Under the pieces are notes generated by a model that saw nothing but the letters and a program-made list of their open reading frames with translations, had not been told where the DNA came from and made no database searches. A DNA stretch of 61,030 nucleotides, the filler included, from Nemertoderma westbladi (Eukaryota; Animalia; Xenacoelomorpha), in NCBI GenBank assembly GCA_032718475.1. It is 3 parts of 3 records of this genome, joined end to end, with 100 filler letters (N's around TTAATTAATTAA, not from the genome) between each part and the next. Parts side by side here need not be neighbours in the genome. Positions count along the whole stretch, not along the records: positions 1 to 28,026 come from JAUCBJ010005976.1; positions 28,127 to 49,478 come from JAUCBJ010008267.1; 1 more part is not named here. One strand, given 5' to 3'. How positions within the stretch are numbered: position 1 is the first letter of the stretch; each line of letters begins with the position of its first letter. A program made the position numbers and the translations under genes. Shown here piece after piece: positions 26,348 to 39,523 of the stretch.

Positions 26348-28026
26348 GTAGGTTAATATACTTTATTTAATATATCAGTATTGTATCCGTTGGAAATTGT
26401 TATTGATTACGGATCGCTCACGCCCCGTACTTGTGTGTAGGATGTATGTAGAATGAGATCACCACCCTGAAGAAGCAATAGTTCAGACTCAGAGTTTCTT
26501 CAGACAGACAGATCAACCACGACGATATATTTCCTATAAAAGCTGTCTGGATGGATAAACCAATTTGAAGAATACGTGTGTTGTTGATGAGCTACAGTAT
26601 TATAAACTGACATGGAAAAAAGGTTTAATAAATTGGAGATGATGAGATAAGGTTTAATTAGTTTCGGGTGGTACTTGTTGGGCATCCTAAATGTGCATAA
26701 GCATACTGTTTATGTATGGTTCAGGCTCGGTGTGGGGCTGTAGCACAGCAGATGAGGTAATTTTATGTATCAGCTCAAAATAATTGTAAGCGTCGAAATA
26801 CATATACATACATATACACCCATACAGTACATACACATACGTACATATATACATACAAATTCATACCGAAATTTTAAGCCCTCTATCGGCAGACTCGAGA
26901 ACTAGAACTGTTATAAAGATGTTATAACTGCAATAAAGACATAGCAAGCGTGTAGCACTGTATTATTTCACTCAGACACACTGTTTTAGCCCCCTAACGA
27001 TAGACAGGTGAACTGGACAATTCTGAAAGTGAACCTGTGATACATGTATGCTAACTTTGGAAAGAAATTAAGTAAAATATTCTGGCGGTAAGTTAAGTGT
27101 ATTTATTTTAAAGCTGTGCCATAGCATTGCATAGACGGTAAATGAGGTTAATTGATAATAAAGAATTGTAAAAGTTACAGTAGATGTAGGCTAAATCACG
27201 ATCGCATTGTACTATCGTTGATGACCCAATAAACTCACCAAGGGAAACCTGACTGATCCGATTTTCCACAAAACCTGAAGTTCATAATTCCTGCATCAGA
27301 ATCACGTAATGGCTTAGGGCAGAGTGGACTCCACCTAAACTCCCAAAGCTAACCTCCTGTAAGCGAGATTTATGAAAGTATAGTATAATTAATTAAGAAG
27401 AGCTCCTTAGATTATTGCACGTCTTAAGGCTATCAAAGACTATCAAGTCTTTGGTTGTTTTTGAATTAATACTTATCTATTTTACCGGTATATAGGAAAC
27501 ATAAACTGATGATATCCTTTTCACTACACGATGGTATGGAACTATTGAATCGATTATTGACACATTAAACTTAACTTATGTTACACATGCACATGATCGC
27601 CTATATGTAATAATAATATATAATTAAGCGCCGAAATTACATAGGGGTTGTACTCTAAGGCGCTACGTGGAACAGACGTACTGTACTAGGATGTAGATGT
27701 GTAGATGTAGGGCCTACTGTACTTACGCCATAAATTTTTGTTATTATAAATTTCTTTACATACGTCATTCCTGTTAATTTCATTACACGATAATTTCATT
27801 ACGTGTTAATTTCTCCAACCATTTTTAATCCCAACCATAATCCAAACCATCTCCAACCATAATTTCTCCATTTACGACCATAGTGGCGCCCCACTGTGGC
27901 GCCTATATAAGTGATCAGTCCTTTTAGCTGCAGTAATGTTTCTTCTATTTTTGCATTGTAGTGCGCTGTGTGATTCATCTTGCTCAATATTTTACCAGAT
28001 TATATCTATAGGATACAGCGTACAGA

Positions 28027-28126
28027 NNNNNNNNNNNNNNNNNNNNNNNNNNNNNNNNNNNNNNNNNNNNTTAATTAATTAANNNNNNNNNNNNNNNNNN
28101 NNNNNNNNNNNNNNNNNNNNNNNNNN
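28027..28126. other. Assembly spacer with six-frame stop linker
   Basis: 44 N + TTAATTAATTAA + 44 N, identical to 49479-49578. Confidence 0.98.
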
Positions 28127-29955
28127 CTACAGATATTCTCTTGGACTGTTCCACCTGGTACAGGCAGTGTAGTACTATGTAAAGGGAACTTAGAGTTAAG
28201 CTCTGGAAGTACAGGGGTCTCTAACACAGAAGTGACTTTGGGAATGACAGGCCTAATTATTTCAGGCTCATCAACTATTGTAGGGAGTCTTTTGACCTTA
28301 ATACTTTGGGCTGTAGGTTCTACACTACTCAAGTCTGTGCTAGCTAGCTGTCTTCTAACAGCTGGGGGCAAATCAGGCAATTTGCGACGGTAAGATGTTT
28401 TTCTACGCCTACTTAGATGAGATCTATTTCCTCCGCCTTCAGGATTGGTGGTCTCGCCTTCCTCCGAGGATGTGTATCCCTGGCGCTTGGGAGTAGATTT
28501 TCTCATCATCTGCATTTGATTAGCAGTAAACTGTTTATTTATACTGTCTTGCGTCTCTTGCAGATTTTCCAACTCCAGTTGGATAGTCTCCTTAGAAGCT
28601 CTCCGTTCTGCTTCTGCCACTGCTGCTTTTCTTTCTGCTTCTGCTTCTGCCGCCTTTCTTTCGGCTTCTGCTTCTGCTTCTGCCGCCTTTCTTTCGGCTT
28701 CTGCTTTTGCCGACTTTCTTTCGGCTTTTGCTTCCGCCGCCTTTCTTTCGGCTTCTGCTTCTGCCGCCGCTGCTGCTGCCACCTTTCTTTTCTCTATCCA
28801 TTCTTTCTTTACTTGTTCTTCTCGGACTCTAGTGAGGCGGAGTTTTTCATCACATTCAGCTTGGTTTGCAGCTAACATTTCGGCATCGATTGAGTCCAAC
28901 ACAAGCTTGGTTCCTTCACTATTAGGGGAAAGTCCAGACAGCCGTCTCCTCAACTCTTCGTCTCCTAGGAATCGCTGATAGTCGGACAAATAAATGTCGA
29001 TAGCGTCTCTAGTTCGCGGCTTCTCGGCGGTCTCTTCGCTTTCCGCTTGAGAAAGGGTGACATCAGTTTGTTCTTCATGGGGTGATCTCTCAGCCAGCTG
29101 GGATTTCCACTGGGCCGTTTCCTGTACTTTGAGATCTACCCGATGTAACCAAGTTTTGACAGCAACCTGCAGCGACGTGTCCTGTCTTCTTTTGGAAGTT
29201 TCCTCAAAGGCTGAGAGGATTAGTCGTATGCGTAGGGTTCTTTCGCGTATTTGGTATAGCAGCTCTTCCTGCTCTTGAGGTCCTTGAGGTTGTCGAAACA
29301 GTTGTTCTTCCAATCGCTCCAAGGAGCCGAAGAATCCCTGCACATATCCTGCTGCCGACCTCTTCCAAACAGCTGGATCCATTGTATCTTTAGCCACTCC
29401 CATCCTGTGTATATCTTCCCAAGTAGCCTCGGACAGATCCAACGGGAGTCCGAGTCCAGGAAAGTTCCATTGTGACTCGACAATAGACATCAATTCTTCC
29501 CTGGCGTATCCCGCATAATTATCTTGGGTCGCTCGCTTATTCCTCGCCCAGTCGGCTTGATGTTCCTCTACCGCAATGAATATAGTAGTTAGCACTGCAG
29601 CAGGAAGGGTAAGAAGGGGGTCCGAGTAGACTGTAGCAGCCATCTGCACTCCGCATTCGGGGGTCAGCTCTACAGTATCCGAACTACTGGAGCTATCGGG
29701 TCGCTGGGAAGTAGGTTCTTGACCAAGATGTTGCTGCGATAGGACAACTGCCTCTTGGTTCCGTTTGACCTGTGCCCGAGTGCCTATGATGGACCTATGG
29801 TGGATTAGCCTAGGGTCTGATACTACTGGAGGGATGACCTTTCTTGCAGTAGGAGGTGAGCTGAACTCCTTTCTTAATCGCTCCACACTCCTATCTGTGT
29901 CACAGATGGTTGTATCGATCAGACTGTCTGACAGGTTTTGCTGAGTGTCAGACAT
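28127..29955 (-). CDS. Gag-like/ORF1 coiled-coil protein of a probable retroelement, C-terminus lost at gap
   Basis: Open for >600 codons, intronless, GC-richer than its flanks, with AEAERKA tandem repeats. No diagnostic domain recognised. Confidence 0.55.
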
Positions 29956-31297
29956 GTTTAGCTATACAGTTGAATGTCTACTGCTATAGTTTCAGTTAAA
30001 GCAAGTCTAGTAATTCAGTATAACCGTTGGCCTAGTACCGTTAATTGATTACAGTATATTAGAATACCGGTATACACTTATAGTATATATAAGTATAGTA
30101 AACTAGGTTTGTCACAGAGTACCGGTATATAATTTTAGCACAAATATATATAAATATATAATAGGCCTATCGTGAATACCGGTATACAGCTTACACTGAT
30201 AGTATATATAAGTATAATTATGAACTAGAATTAATTACAGAGTACCGGTATGATTTCAGCTGAAATTTATAGAAATAAATATAATAAGCCTATGGTAAAT
30301 ATACCGGTATGTCAATTATTTTAGAATAATTGAATTTCTGAATATTTTAAGGTTACTGGGTTACTTTAACTTACTTTATTACCGTTATTTAAGCAGTAGT
30401 CCAACTGATATTGAGACCTAGTTGTTGTATGACAGGCCTACTATTTATAAATCGTTTGAGTTGATTTATAATAGATATATACCCGTTTAAAAGGGTTTTG
30501 TCAATATTTGAAATAAATGTTATTATTTCTGGGAGAGTCACTACACAGAAGCTGTGCGCTCTCAGTGAAGTGTTACTTATTGAGACACTAAAACAGATAA
30601 TTCTAATTTACCTAAGTTACTTAATACTACAAATTACTTACGATATGGGTGAGATTAATTCTCTAATTAAACACAACAAAATATTACGTACGAAATTTTT
30701 TAGGGTAATTTTACAGGAAGTCTACAAACCAGCCTAACAAAGGGTTAGAATTCTGGTTATTACAACTGACAGGGTACTACGGTATTTAAAATAATAAGTA
30801 GTAGTAAATATACTGCGTTGTCCAGATAGGAAAATACCACCGCCTGACGACCTATAACCGTATCGCTATAGGTACTACGTTATGTATCACGGAGTGTTCC
30901 TACCTAGAAGTTAATAGTGCTAACGAATGTGCCTATCAACCACTTTACAACACAAATATACTGCCTACACACTAATTACTTCGGAAAGCACTGTACACTA
31001 AACCCTAAATTAGGTACAAGTACCGGTACAACAAATAATCAGTAGTTAAATATACTTGAACAGTTAAAAGAACCACGGCATCTGCTGGAGTGACCAGAGC
31101 ACAAAGTCACCAGTCTTGTCCTACGCCAAGCAGCCCGTGTAGTACCGGGGTTAGTTTAACTATAACGGTATGTATAACAAGCACAATTACTGTAGGAATA
31201 AACTTGGGGACATGAATGTTGCGAATAATCGCATAAACTCTGAATAATAAATATTACGCTACCCGTACAGAATACTCAAACAAAATACAAACCAAAC

Positions 31298-31800
31298 GCT
31301 GGCAGACTACCACCAAGCCTAAATAAACTACCGTACGTGTAGATTCTGAAATGGTTAGTTAGTATGCGTTCTAACACGGTAGTACGACTTATTCTTTAAG
31401 AGGGGATTGACCTTACAGCATATGGCTGCCCCAACTTACTAACCGCACTTTATCAGACAAACTCCACACACACAGCAATCTCTTCAGACCTAATAATAGC
31501 TAGACAACAATCCAGCCCACAAAATAGTTGAGTAATAACTATTACGGTACCTGAACAGACCACACAAACAAACACAGGCTAAAACACTGGCAGACTACGA
31601 TCAAGCCTAAATAAACTACAGTATATGCAGATTCTGAAACAGTTAGTTAGTATGCGTTCTAACACGGTAGTACGACTTATTCTTTAAGAGGGGATTGACC
31701 TTACAGCATATGGCTGCCCCAACTTACTAACGGCACTTTATCAGACAAACTCTACACACGCCGTAATCTCTCCAAACCCAACAACAGTCAGACAGCAGCT
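31298..31800. repeat. Direct duplication of a ~200-bp block
   Basis: CTGGCAGACTAC...GGGGATTGACCTTACAGCATATGGCTGCCCCAACTTACTAA...TCAGACAAACTC occurs at ~31299 and ~31587. Confidence 0.9.
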
Positions 31801-31987
31801 CAGCCTACAATTATCTGAACAATCTGAGCAGGGTCACACGCCTTCTGCTCAATATTAGCCTACTAGTAAATAAAACCGACAGAAATAAGTAGAATCTCAA
31901 TAAAAATTCAGGGCTGCAGTCCCTGATTAAGTACTAAGACCTACCGGTATACACCAATCAAATTCGAATAATACTAATGTACTGATA

Positions 31988-32120
31988 CAGCAGTACCGGT
32001 TAGGACAGTTGGGCCTACAGACCTACAGAAGTACCGGTTCCGGCAGTTGGACCTACGGACCTACAGCAGTACCGGTTCTGGCAGTTGGGCCTACTGACCT
32101 ACAGAAGTACCGGTTCAGGT
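31988..32120. repeat. Short tandem repeat (~38-bp unit)
   Basis: CAG(C/A)AGTACCGGTT...CAGTTGG(G/A)CCTAC..ACCTA repeated 3-4 times. Confidence 0.8.
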
Positions 32121-33918
32121 TTACCGGTCACTACGGTATTTTGCAACCTTATTGCCTACTGCAATAAGATCGTTAACTGTTATTGTTCGCGCTTTTGAAG
32201 ACCTTTAGCAGTTTAACCTGCCAAAATTTATATGTCTTTTAGTTAATTAAAAACACCTTTAGCATACGACAATATTTTATGCTAATAAACAAAACATTAA
32301 CGGAAGCCAGCCCATGCGCGATCATTCACCCGATGGATCTACACCCGGGAGGCTGAATTCGGCTGCTTAAATTTTATTATTGCAGTGTAAGGTTGCAGTG
32401 TAAACCTACTGTATTATTCGATTGATCGTTAATAATTAATTTCTGACAGATATTATTGGCTTTCGGGAAATATTAACAGTTCCTTTAGGACGTGGCGCTC
32501 TATCTATTTAAACAAAACTAGGACTTATACTAAACGCAACGATACTGCTTATGATTAAAGTATAAGGCGCATTCTTTAGGAAATGCTTTGTTACCAATCA
32601 CAATCATGCACACTATTCTGCCGACCGTCAGTAAATTTGATCACACATAAAGAGAGCAACAATTGACTCATGTAGGGTCTGCTAAATAACATTAGATTCA
32701 ATACACACCACATTGATATAAATCGCAATTGTTATATATAGCCTGTCTCTCTCACCTGTAGTGTATCAAGAAAATTGGGAATTTTGGGTGATTTATCCGT
32801 ATTCTCCAAAGGGCAATAATTCATCAACAAATAGATACAATTAATAACTGACGGTAAATAACAGTACAAACAATATAATTAGTGCAGTTAAATTAAGTGA
32901 GTGAGACTAGTTAGTTGATTGATTGATTAGTAGGTAGGATAACAGTTATACTTTCGATAATTTAAGCAGTTTTACTAGAGTTCTTCCCAAAAGCCGGTGG
33001 TCTGGCGAAAAATGGGAACACAACAACAGAATCATATAAAGAATCATATGACTACCTCACTATACGAGGATACCAACTACCCTTATTCCCCGAAGCTCCC
33101 GTCCAACACAGAGGATGAGCATAGAGATAGGAAATTCAGTTCAGTAGCTCTGGGATAGGTCGAAATCAACGCCAACTCAAATTCTATTGGCCGATACGGA
33201 CAGCAGGACTGAGGCAACCTCCCTAAGCTGGTTGGCCGATCGAACAGAACCCAGATACCTTCGTACAGCCCATCAGCCAATAAGCTGGTAGCTTGCACTA
33301 TTTTACCTATAGATCCCTTTTAGAGTATTCTAGCGACCGGGGGGGAACTGGCCAGCAAGGCAAACGAATCAGTTATCCCACAAAAGCTTTTACAGATACT
33401 GCACCGTATGCTGATTGGTTACAGTTCTTTGGTTGCCTGGCAACAAGCTTTCTGGGCAGTATTAGACTCTTTCAATTTATTTTTTTGCAGCATATAGGTA
33501 AAATTTAATGCTGATCAATTTTTTCGCTGATTTCCGGAAGATTTATAGTGTTTTATAGTGTTTTCCCTATGTTTTACGGTGATTACTTAAGGGGTGCTAT
33601 GCGAGGAGTACATTTAGGATTGTCAATTCAGAGAAGTACATGTGTTAAATTTCCTGCTGATCAATATTTTCACTGTTTTCCGGGTGTTTTACAGTTGTTT
33701 TCTTATGTTTTCCTAGTGTTTTACCGTTTTACTAGTGTTTTCCTAATTTAGAACTATCCCGTAACAACTGGTTTTTCATTATTGAATATTAGGAAATTTT
33801 TTTACGTATTTTCAAATTTGTAGAAATTATTCTATGTCATTTTTGACATAATCTTACTACCATTGAAATTGTCTGATTAAGACAGGTAATTACACCAACC
33901 GAAAATTCAACATTTATC

Positions 33919-34150
33919 GGGGTAGCTCAGTTGGTTGAGCGCCGGGCCTGCAATCTAATGGTTGTAGGTTCAGCCCCGCCAGGGTCCACTCAGCCTTTCA
34001 TCCACTGGGGTCGATAAAATGAGTACCAGTTAAATAACTGGGAGCAAATCTTGGGATAGGAGTAGCGCCCACCCCTACCCTCGGGTAGCAGCTATCGAAA
34101 GAGGAGCCTTCGGGTCGCCTCCGGCTTCGGCCGACTGTTTGCTTTGCTTT
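33919..34150 (+). mobile_element. tRNA-derived SINE with Nin/Deu-like central domain and structured 3' tail
   Basis: A box TAGCTCAGTTGG and degenerate B box GGTTCAGCCCC. The core CCACTCAGCCTTTCATCC...GGTCGATAAAATGAGTACC resembles the Nin/Deu-SINE domain. It ends in GTTT/GCTTT short repeats. Confidence 0.85.
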
Positions 34151-35339
34151 GATTGATGATAAAAATTTGAATATTGACATAATAGCATTGCGTATTCAAA
34201 GTTTCAAAAATTTTAGATTTGGCCCACAGAATTATGTGAGTCTGTAACGAAAGGTACTTAAAGTTTTAATTTGGAGTACACCCCACATGTGTATTGCACT
34301 GACAATCATGTTCCTTTGGGTTTACAACCAATCAAAACCATCCATTAGGTCTCTATGGTCTGTATTGAAGCTGAAACGTTTAACGGTTTAAGAATAGCGT
34401 TACGGACTCACAAATTGTTCGTTGCGGACTCACCACGCGGTATGTTAGGTAAGAATCCTTCTGCTTTGTATACATTATTCACTATGTAAACTGAAAGTAT
34501 TCAGCTCCTTTTAGTCTGACAATTGTCCATCGACAGTACATTCGAACGTATTCATACATATATTCATACATTATCCTACTGTACGACATTCTTCATTGCG
34601 CCCGTTTAATCCTGTCTCACGTCTAATACTCACATTTCTGGGCCGAAAGGGCCAAACGGCATATATCACGGATGAGAGAAATTACTGACCAAGATGGCAT
34701 AGTATGATACACTCGAAGTTCGCCAAGATTTCATGAAACGAGTGAGCGAATGATGGATTGTGATACAAAAAAATCGTCCGTTAAGCCATAGGGTGAGTGA
34801 GGGAGACTTGAACCCCAAAAGTTATAATCGCTCTAAAGAACAGATAAATAAATTGTTCAATGCCGTTTTAACTTTTTCACATTACATTTATGATTGCTAT
34901 CATTATGTGAGAGTTTGAGAATTTCAACTCTTAAACTTTTTTAATTAAACCAATTATTCGTATTTTCGAAAAAGCGTCAAGTCTCCCTCAATGGGGGGAG
35001 AATTGACACCTAGGGTGGGAGACTTGAACCCCACCTCGCATACTTGTAAATTCGTTCAAAAATGCAGAAGAAGTGTAATAATTACATGTTCAACATGTCT
35101 ATTTTCTAGAAGAGCAAAAAAAATTCAAAAAATGTGATTGTTAAATTGTTAAATTATTATCCAAAATGTTATACAAATTTAGGTGGTCGTTCACATGGTT
35201 CTCCCAACAAGAACTGAATAAATAATAGTTCATTACAATCGCATTAAAATTTAACGCGGGAAGGTACTTTTTATTAATGAATATCTTGTATAATTTTCAA
35301 TCCAGGCACATATTAATTGTTTTCCTGTAATTCTCCGAC

Positions 35340-36395
35340 GTTGACATTGTCCAACGTCGGGCAATTACATGGTTTCTCTGGGTTCATAGATTTGCCCCAA
35401 TAGCAGCAATAGGGGGGATATGGGTTGGAGACCAAGTTTACACCGTAGGTATATAGAGGGTATACGATTATGGAATAGGTTAATTGAATTGGATATCTCT
35501 AGAATACACAAGCAAATATTTGAGAGTGAATACAGTTCAAACGCTGGCTGGTGTAGCAAAATTAAATCAATTTTTGATCAGTTAAATCTATCAAATATTT
35601 ATGACGGTAAAGTAACCTGTAACATAAACATAGCTGTGCAAAAATGTATAGATCTGAACCTCAATATGTGACATAAATTGATTTAAAGCCATAACTTAGA
35701 ACCTATTTACAGTAGAACCCTACGTTAAAAGTAGCCTGAACAAGTCGATACGCTCAACAATGGCGCAGCTCCGTTGCGGGATACTTCCACAAGCAATTGA
35801 GACTGGAAGTTTCCAGGGAAAGGCATTGAACGACTGTCGGCAATGTAACACTCAGAATATCGAGTCCGAGGTTCACTTTCTTTTTGAGTGTCCAGCCCTT
35901 CAAAGAGGAGAATTGTTGAACGGAACCGATCTCTCGAGTGATCGTCTTGTAAGGCTCATGGAAAATAATCAATTAAAACTAGCTAAAGCAACTAGGGAGT
36001 TATGGATACAGAGACAGGATTTACTAAATAAGTAAATAAAATAGAAATACAATAAAATTAGACATAAAAAAAAAAATAATAATAATAATAAAATAAAAAA
36101 TCAGAATTCTCAGAAATTAACAAATAACATGGTAAGGACCCAGCTCATATTTTTGTATTATATATTTTTGGTAGGGCCTTTAGGGCGCAGTGCATTATTT
36201 TTTTTTTTTATATTTTGTTAGTGTTTGTTTAGGTAGTGTTTGTGCGGTATATTCAGGTGCTGTTTGTTTCGGTGCGGTTTGATGTTTTTGTTGTTAGTTA
36301 TCCATTGTGATTTGTGTCAATTTGTCTGATAAGTCGCATAGCGGCTGGGGGCGAAAGCCCCAGACATTAAAGATTTACTCATCTTATCTATCTAT
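35340..36395 (+). mobile_element. 3' fragment of a LINE (CR1/L2-group-like) with C-terminal Cys/His motif and 3' UTR
   Basis: GDMGW...RLWNRL, then AQLRCGILP.AIETG...CRQC...ESEVHFLFECP. The UTR ends ATTAAA + (TCTA)n-like tail. Confidence 0.8.
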
Positions 36396-37174
36396 TGATG
36401 TGTGCCGCTTTCTGACGAAGTGGTATCTTGTGGGGCGAGACACGTATGGCGAGCCATCAGCGAACTGATATAATTATACTATGGCCGTTTTTCGGACTGT
36501 GTGTGTGTGTGTCAGTGTGTGTGTCGGAAGCCATAAATGTCGGAAGCCATAATCGAAGTTAATATCTTCAGCTAAATTGTATGGTTGAGTCATTTTGAAC
36601 GGTCTCTCCATGGAAATTAATTGTTTAGCACCATACGATTAAAGTAATTTTGCACAGAAATTAGATATCGGGAATCCATGTACCCCATTCCATTATAGTT
36701 TTTTATTTTTTCAAGTGATTTGCGTTAATAAATTGATTTTTAATTGATTTAAACATAATTAACATTGTAAATTCATACGCTGATTCCATTCTCCCCCATA
36801 GAGCCTAAGGCATGGCAAGGGCAGCCGTGCCCAATAATATTTCTTGAAGTTTTACATTACTAACATTGCAAGCTATAAAGTCTTTGACCAAGCCAGTGCC
36901 TAGGCTAGTGGACATAGTAGTCCAGTAGAAGGAATAGTGCTCCTTCAATAGATCTCAACAGACATCAATTCATTTTCCTGTGCCTACCAACGCGTGCTCC
37001 ATAACATAACATATATTCTTGATTTCCATCACCTCTCACCACAATTATTATTAGTAATTAAAAGTTTCAATTCGGTTTGTCTTTCCGTTATCTGGTTATT
37101 CAGTTATTGCATTATTAATAAATAAATGTTTTAAAATATATCTTACGAAATATGGTTAATAATTAAAACTTGTC

Positions 37175-37712
37175 GCTAACATTCTCGCTATGGGGGTTTT
37201 AAGGAGTGCTGATTACATTTCTGATGTCAGTTTTCACGTTTACATAAATCTAGTCTGTCTGTCTGTCGGTCATTCTGCCAGTCAGTCTGTCAAAACATAA
37301 AAGAGAATTCAAATTAACTAACATTCTCGCTATGGGGGTTTTAAGGGGTGCTGATTTCATTTCTGACGTCAGTTTTCAGGTTTACATAAATCTAGCCTGT
37401 CTGTTTGTCGGTCTTTCTGTCAGTCAGTCAGTCTGTCAAAACTTAAAAAAATAATACAAACTAACTAACATTCTCGTTATGGGGGTTTTAATGGGTGCTG
37501 ATTTTATTTCAGATGTCAGTTTTCACGTTTAAAAAAATCTAGTCTGCCTGGCTGTCGGTCTTTCTGTCAGTCAGTCTGTGAAAACTTAAGAAATTATACT
37601 AACTAACCAACATTCTCGCTATGGGGGTTTTAAGGGTTGCTGATTTCATTTTTGATGTCAGTTTACACGTTTACATAAATCTAGTCTGCCTGTCTGTCGG
37701 TCTCTCTGTCAG
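37175..37712. repeat. Four tandem ~145-bp copies of the dispersed GTCT-containing repeat
   Basis: AACATTCTCGCTATGGGGGTTTTAAGG..GCTGATT.CATTTCTGATGTCAGTTTTCACGTTTACATAAATCTAG repeated 4 times. Confidence 0.9.
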
Positions 37713-37963
37713 TTTGAACTACTGTACTGTGGTTGACATTACGCCATATACCTAACACTAATAATACAGTCTACAATACAGCCTATCTACAGTACAGAAT
37801 GGATTTTTTGCCATGAAGAGCAATAAATGTCATTAATACTATCCACCAGTATCTACTCAAAGAGCCTTCCAATAAAACATGTATTCCAGCATGACGTCCA
37901 CTGCAACGTCTTCGTGCTGTCCATGGTGACGTGCAGTGGACGTCATAGGCTCTAAGGGGTTAA

Positions 37964-38338
37964 GCAACACGGTCCCTACTTCGCCCTGTCGACACCCCAG
38001 CCATTTTTCACCAATTCTTTTTTAGAGTTTTTTCATTTTTTTGGTATTGGTGAAAGTTCTACAACATTAGTAGCTATGTTTATTTATGATAGCTAGTGTT
38101 TTTTTGCTAGCTAGTATTTTTTGAAATTATAAAAAATGTGAAAGTCCATGATATTTCAGGTTAAACTGTTGAAGAATATATTAATAACCAAAATAATTTC
38201 CAAAAATTACTAGCTAGTAAAAAATACTAGCTATATACCATAAAAATCTACTAAGGTTCTAGAACATTCACTAATAGAAAAAAGCACTCAAAATCACAAA
38301 AAAATAAAGGTTAAAAAACTCATTCGGGACCCATTTGC
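37964..38338. mobile_element. TTAA-flanked palindromic MITE
   Basis: TTAA|GCAACACGGTCCC ... GGGACCCATTTGC|TTAA with internal inverted arms. It abuts a piggyBac-like end (GACGTCATAGGCTCTAAGGGG|TTAA). Confidence 0.65.
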
Positions 38339-39266
38339 TTAAGGAGTCAAAATTGTAGAACAAATTTCCGAAGTTTGCGAAATTCGCGAAGAATCCGTCA
38401 GTTTCTGTGCCCTAATGGGTTCGTGCCGAAACAATCAAATCTTACACAGTTAACACACACGAACTAATTTAAAGTGGGTATTAGTATGCCTGAATAATTA
38501 AATAGAAATTAAATTAATGAACGCTATTTCAACATGAAATCTACGGAATCAATACACAACACACGGACACTACTGAATTTAAAAATTTATATAGATTGCA
38601 ACTTATATTTGGCTACCTTTTAATGGGTGACTAATTTAATTATTCAACCCTATATATTTGTAGCCTTTTTAATTTGTGCTTTTAATTGAATCAAACATTA
38701 AACTAAAATATATGTCACAATATTGGTCTGTCGGTAGCTGGTCAATGAATCTCTCATAAATTTGTTAATTCGTCGCTGCTCAGTCATTGAACATTTGAAC
38801 ACGTGCTGCTCGAAGACCCCACAACGTGTATCTCTAGGTAGACGTCAGCATTGAAGGCTTCAAGTCTCCCTCACACTCGGGCGTCATGTCTCCCCACATG
38901 GGCTTTTTTTATATTAATTAAATTGATATAATTTCAAAACGGCTGAACCAAAACTGGAAAACAATATATGGCAGGATAGTGCAATAATTAGTCAACACAT
39001 GCTGTGAATTACAATTAACATACAGTAAAATAAGGATGCGATATTTCATTCGTTGTAAAGGGAAAAAATTTACTGTTGAACCCAGAAAGCCTTTATTGAC
39101 AATAAAACAAAAAATAACCAAAAGGTAATAAAACATTGTTGCGCGGGTGTAGCCAACATGTATTTTACACTTTTTTGTGTGGTATTGTTAAATAATTTAC
39201 AATAGTTTTTGAGTTATTAAAAAAAATCAAGTCTCCCCTAAAGTCAAGTCTCCCTCACTGACCCTA

Positions 39267-39523
39267 GGGATTACGCACAAAGTCTCAATAATTATTACCA
39301 GTGCGGTCTCCCAAGACCTATATTCCCCAGAGGAAACTCCAGTACTCATTTAGCTACCATTTACGGAAGGAAGAGATGCGCCCTGGCTAATAAGTCTCTT
39401 TATGGTCTTCATTAAAGTATTCGTGCCGAAACGAAAACTACCCTAGCCCCCATGATGGGATCGAACCCATGACCCAAGGAGAGATGTCATTTCAATGCCA
39501 CCGATTTAACCAAGTACGCCAAG
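39267..39523 (-). mobile_element. tRNA-derived SINE (second family)
   Basis: On the minus strand: A box TGGCGTACTTGG, B box GGTTCGATCCC, 3' end GAGACTTTGTGCGTAATCCC. A partial copy lies at 15253-15435. Confidence 0.8.

Larger units (their letters stand above)
28127..33766 (-). mobile_element. Putative large LTR-type retroelement (5' part), unclassified
   Basis: The minus strand begins TGTTACGGG at 33766, where it abuts an unrelated repeat. A ~3.8-kb non-coding leader with internal duplications precedes the Gag-like ORF. No second LTR or canonical PBS is visible. Confidence 0.45.
34791..39264. mobile_element. TA-flanked TIR element carrying nested insertions
   Basis: TA|GGGTGAGTGAGGGAGACTTGA ... 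TCAAGTCTCCCTCACTGACCC|TA, with subterminal GGGAGACTTGA / CAAGTCTCCC copies near both ends. Confidence 0.8.

Noticed and set aside
32300-32390. Primer-binding site for the 28127-33766 element
   Set aside because: No CA..TGG junction and no recognisable tRNA complement.
33919-33985. Functional tRNA gene
   Set aside because: The T arm and acceptor stem are degenerate and the sequence continues into a SINE body.
36400-36460. Hammerhead ribozyme (CTGACGA ... GAGAC)
   Set aside because: The GAAA core is altered and stems I and II do not pair convincingly.
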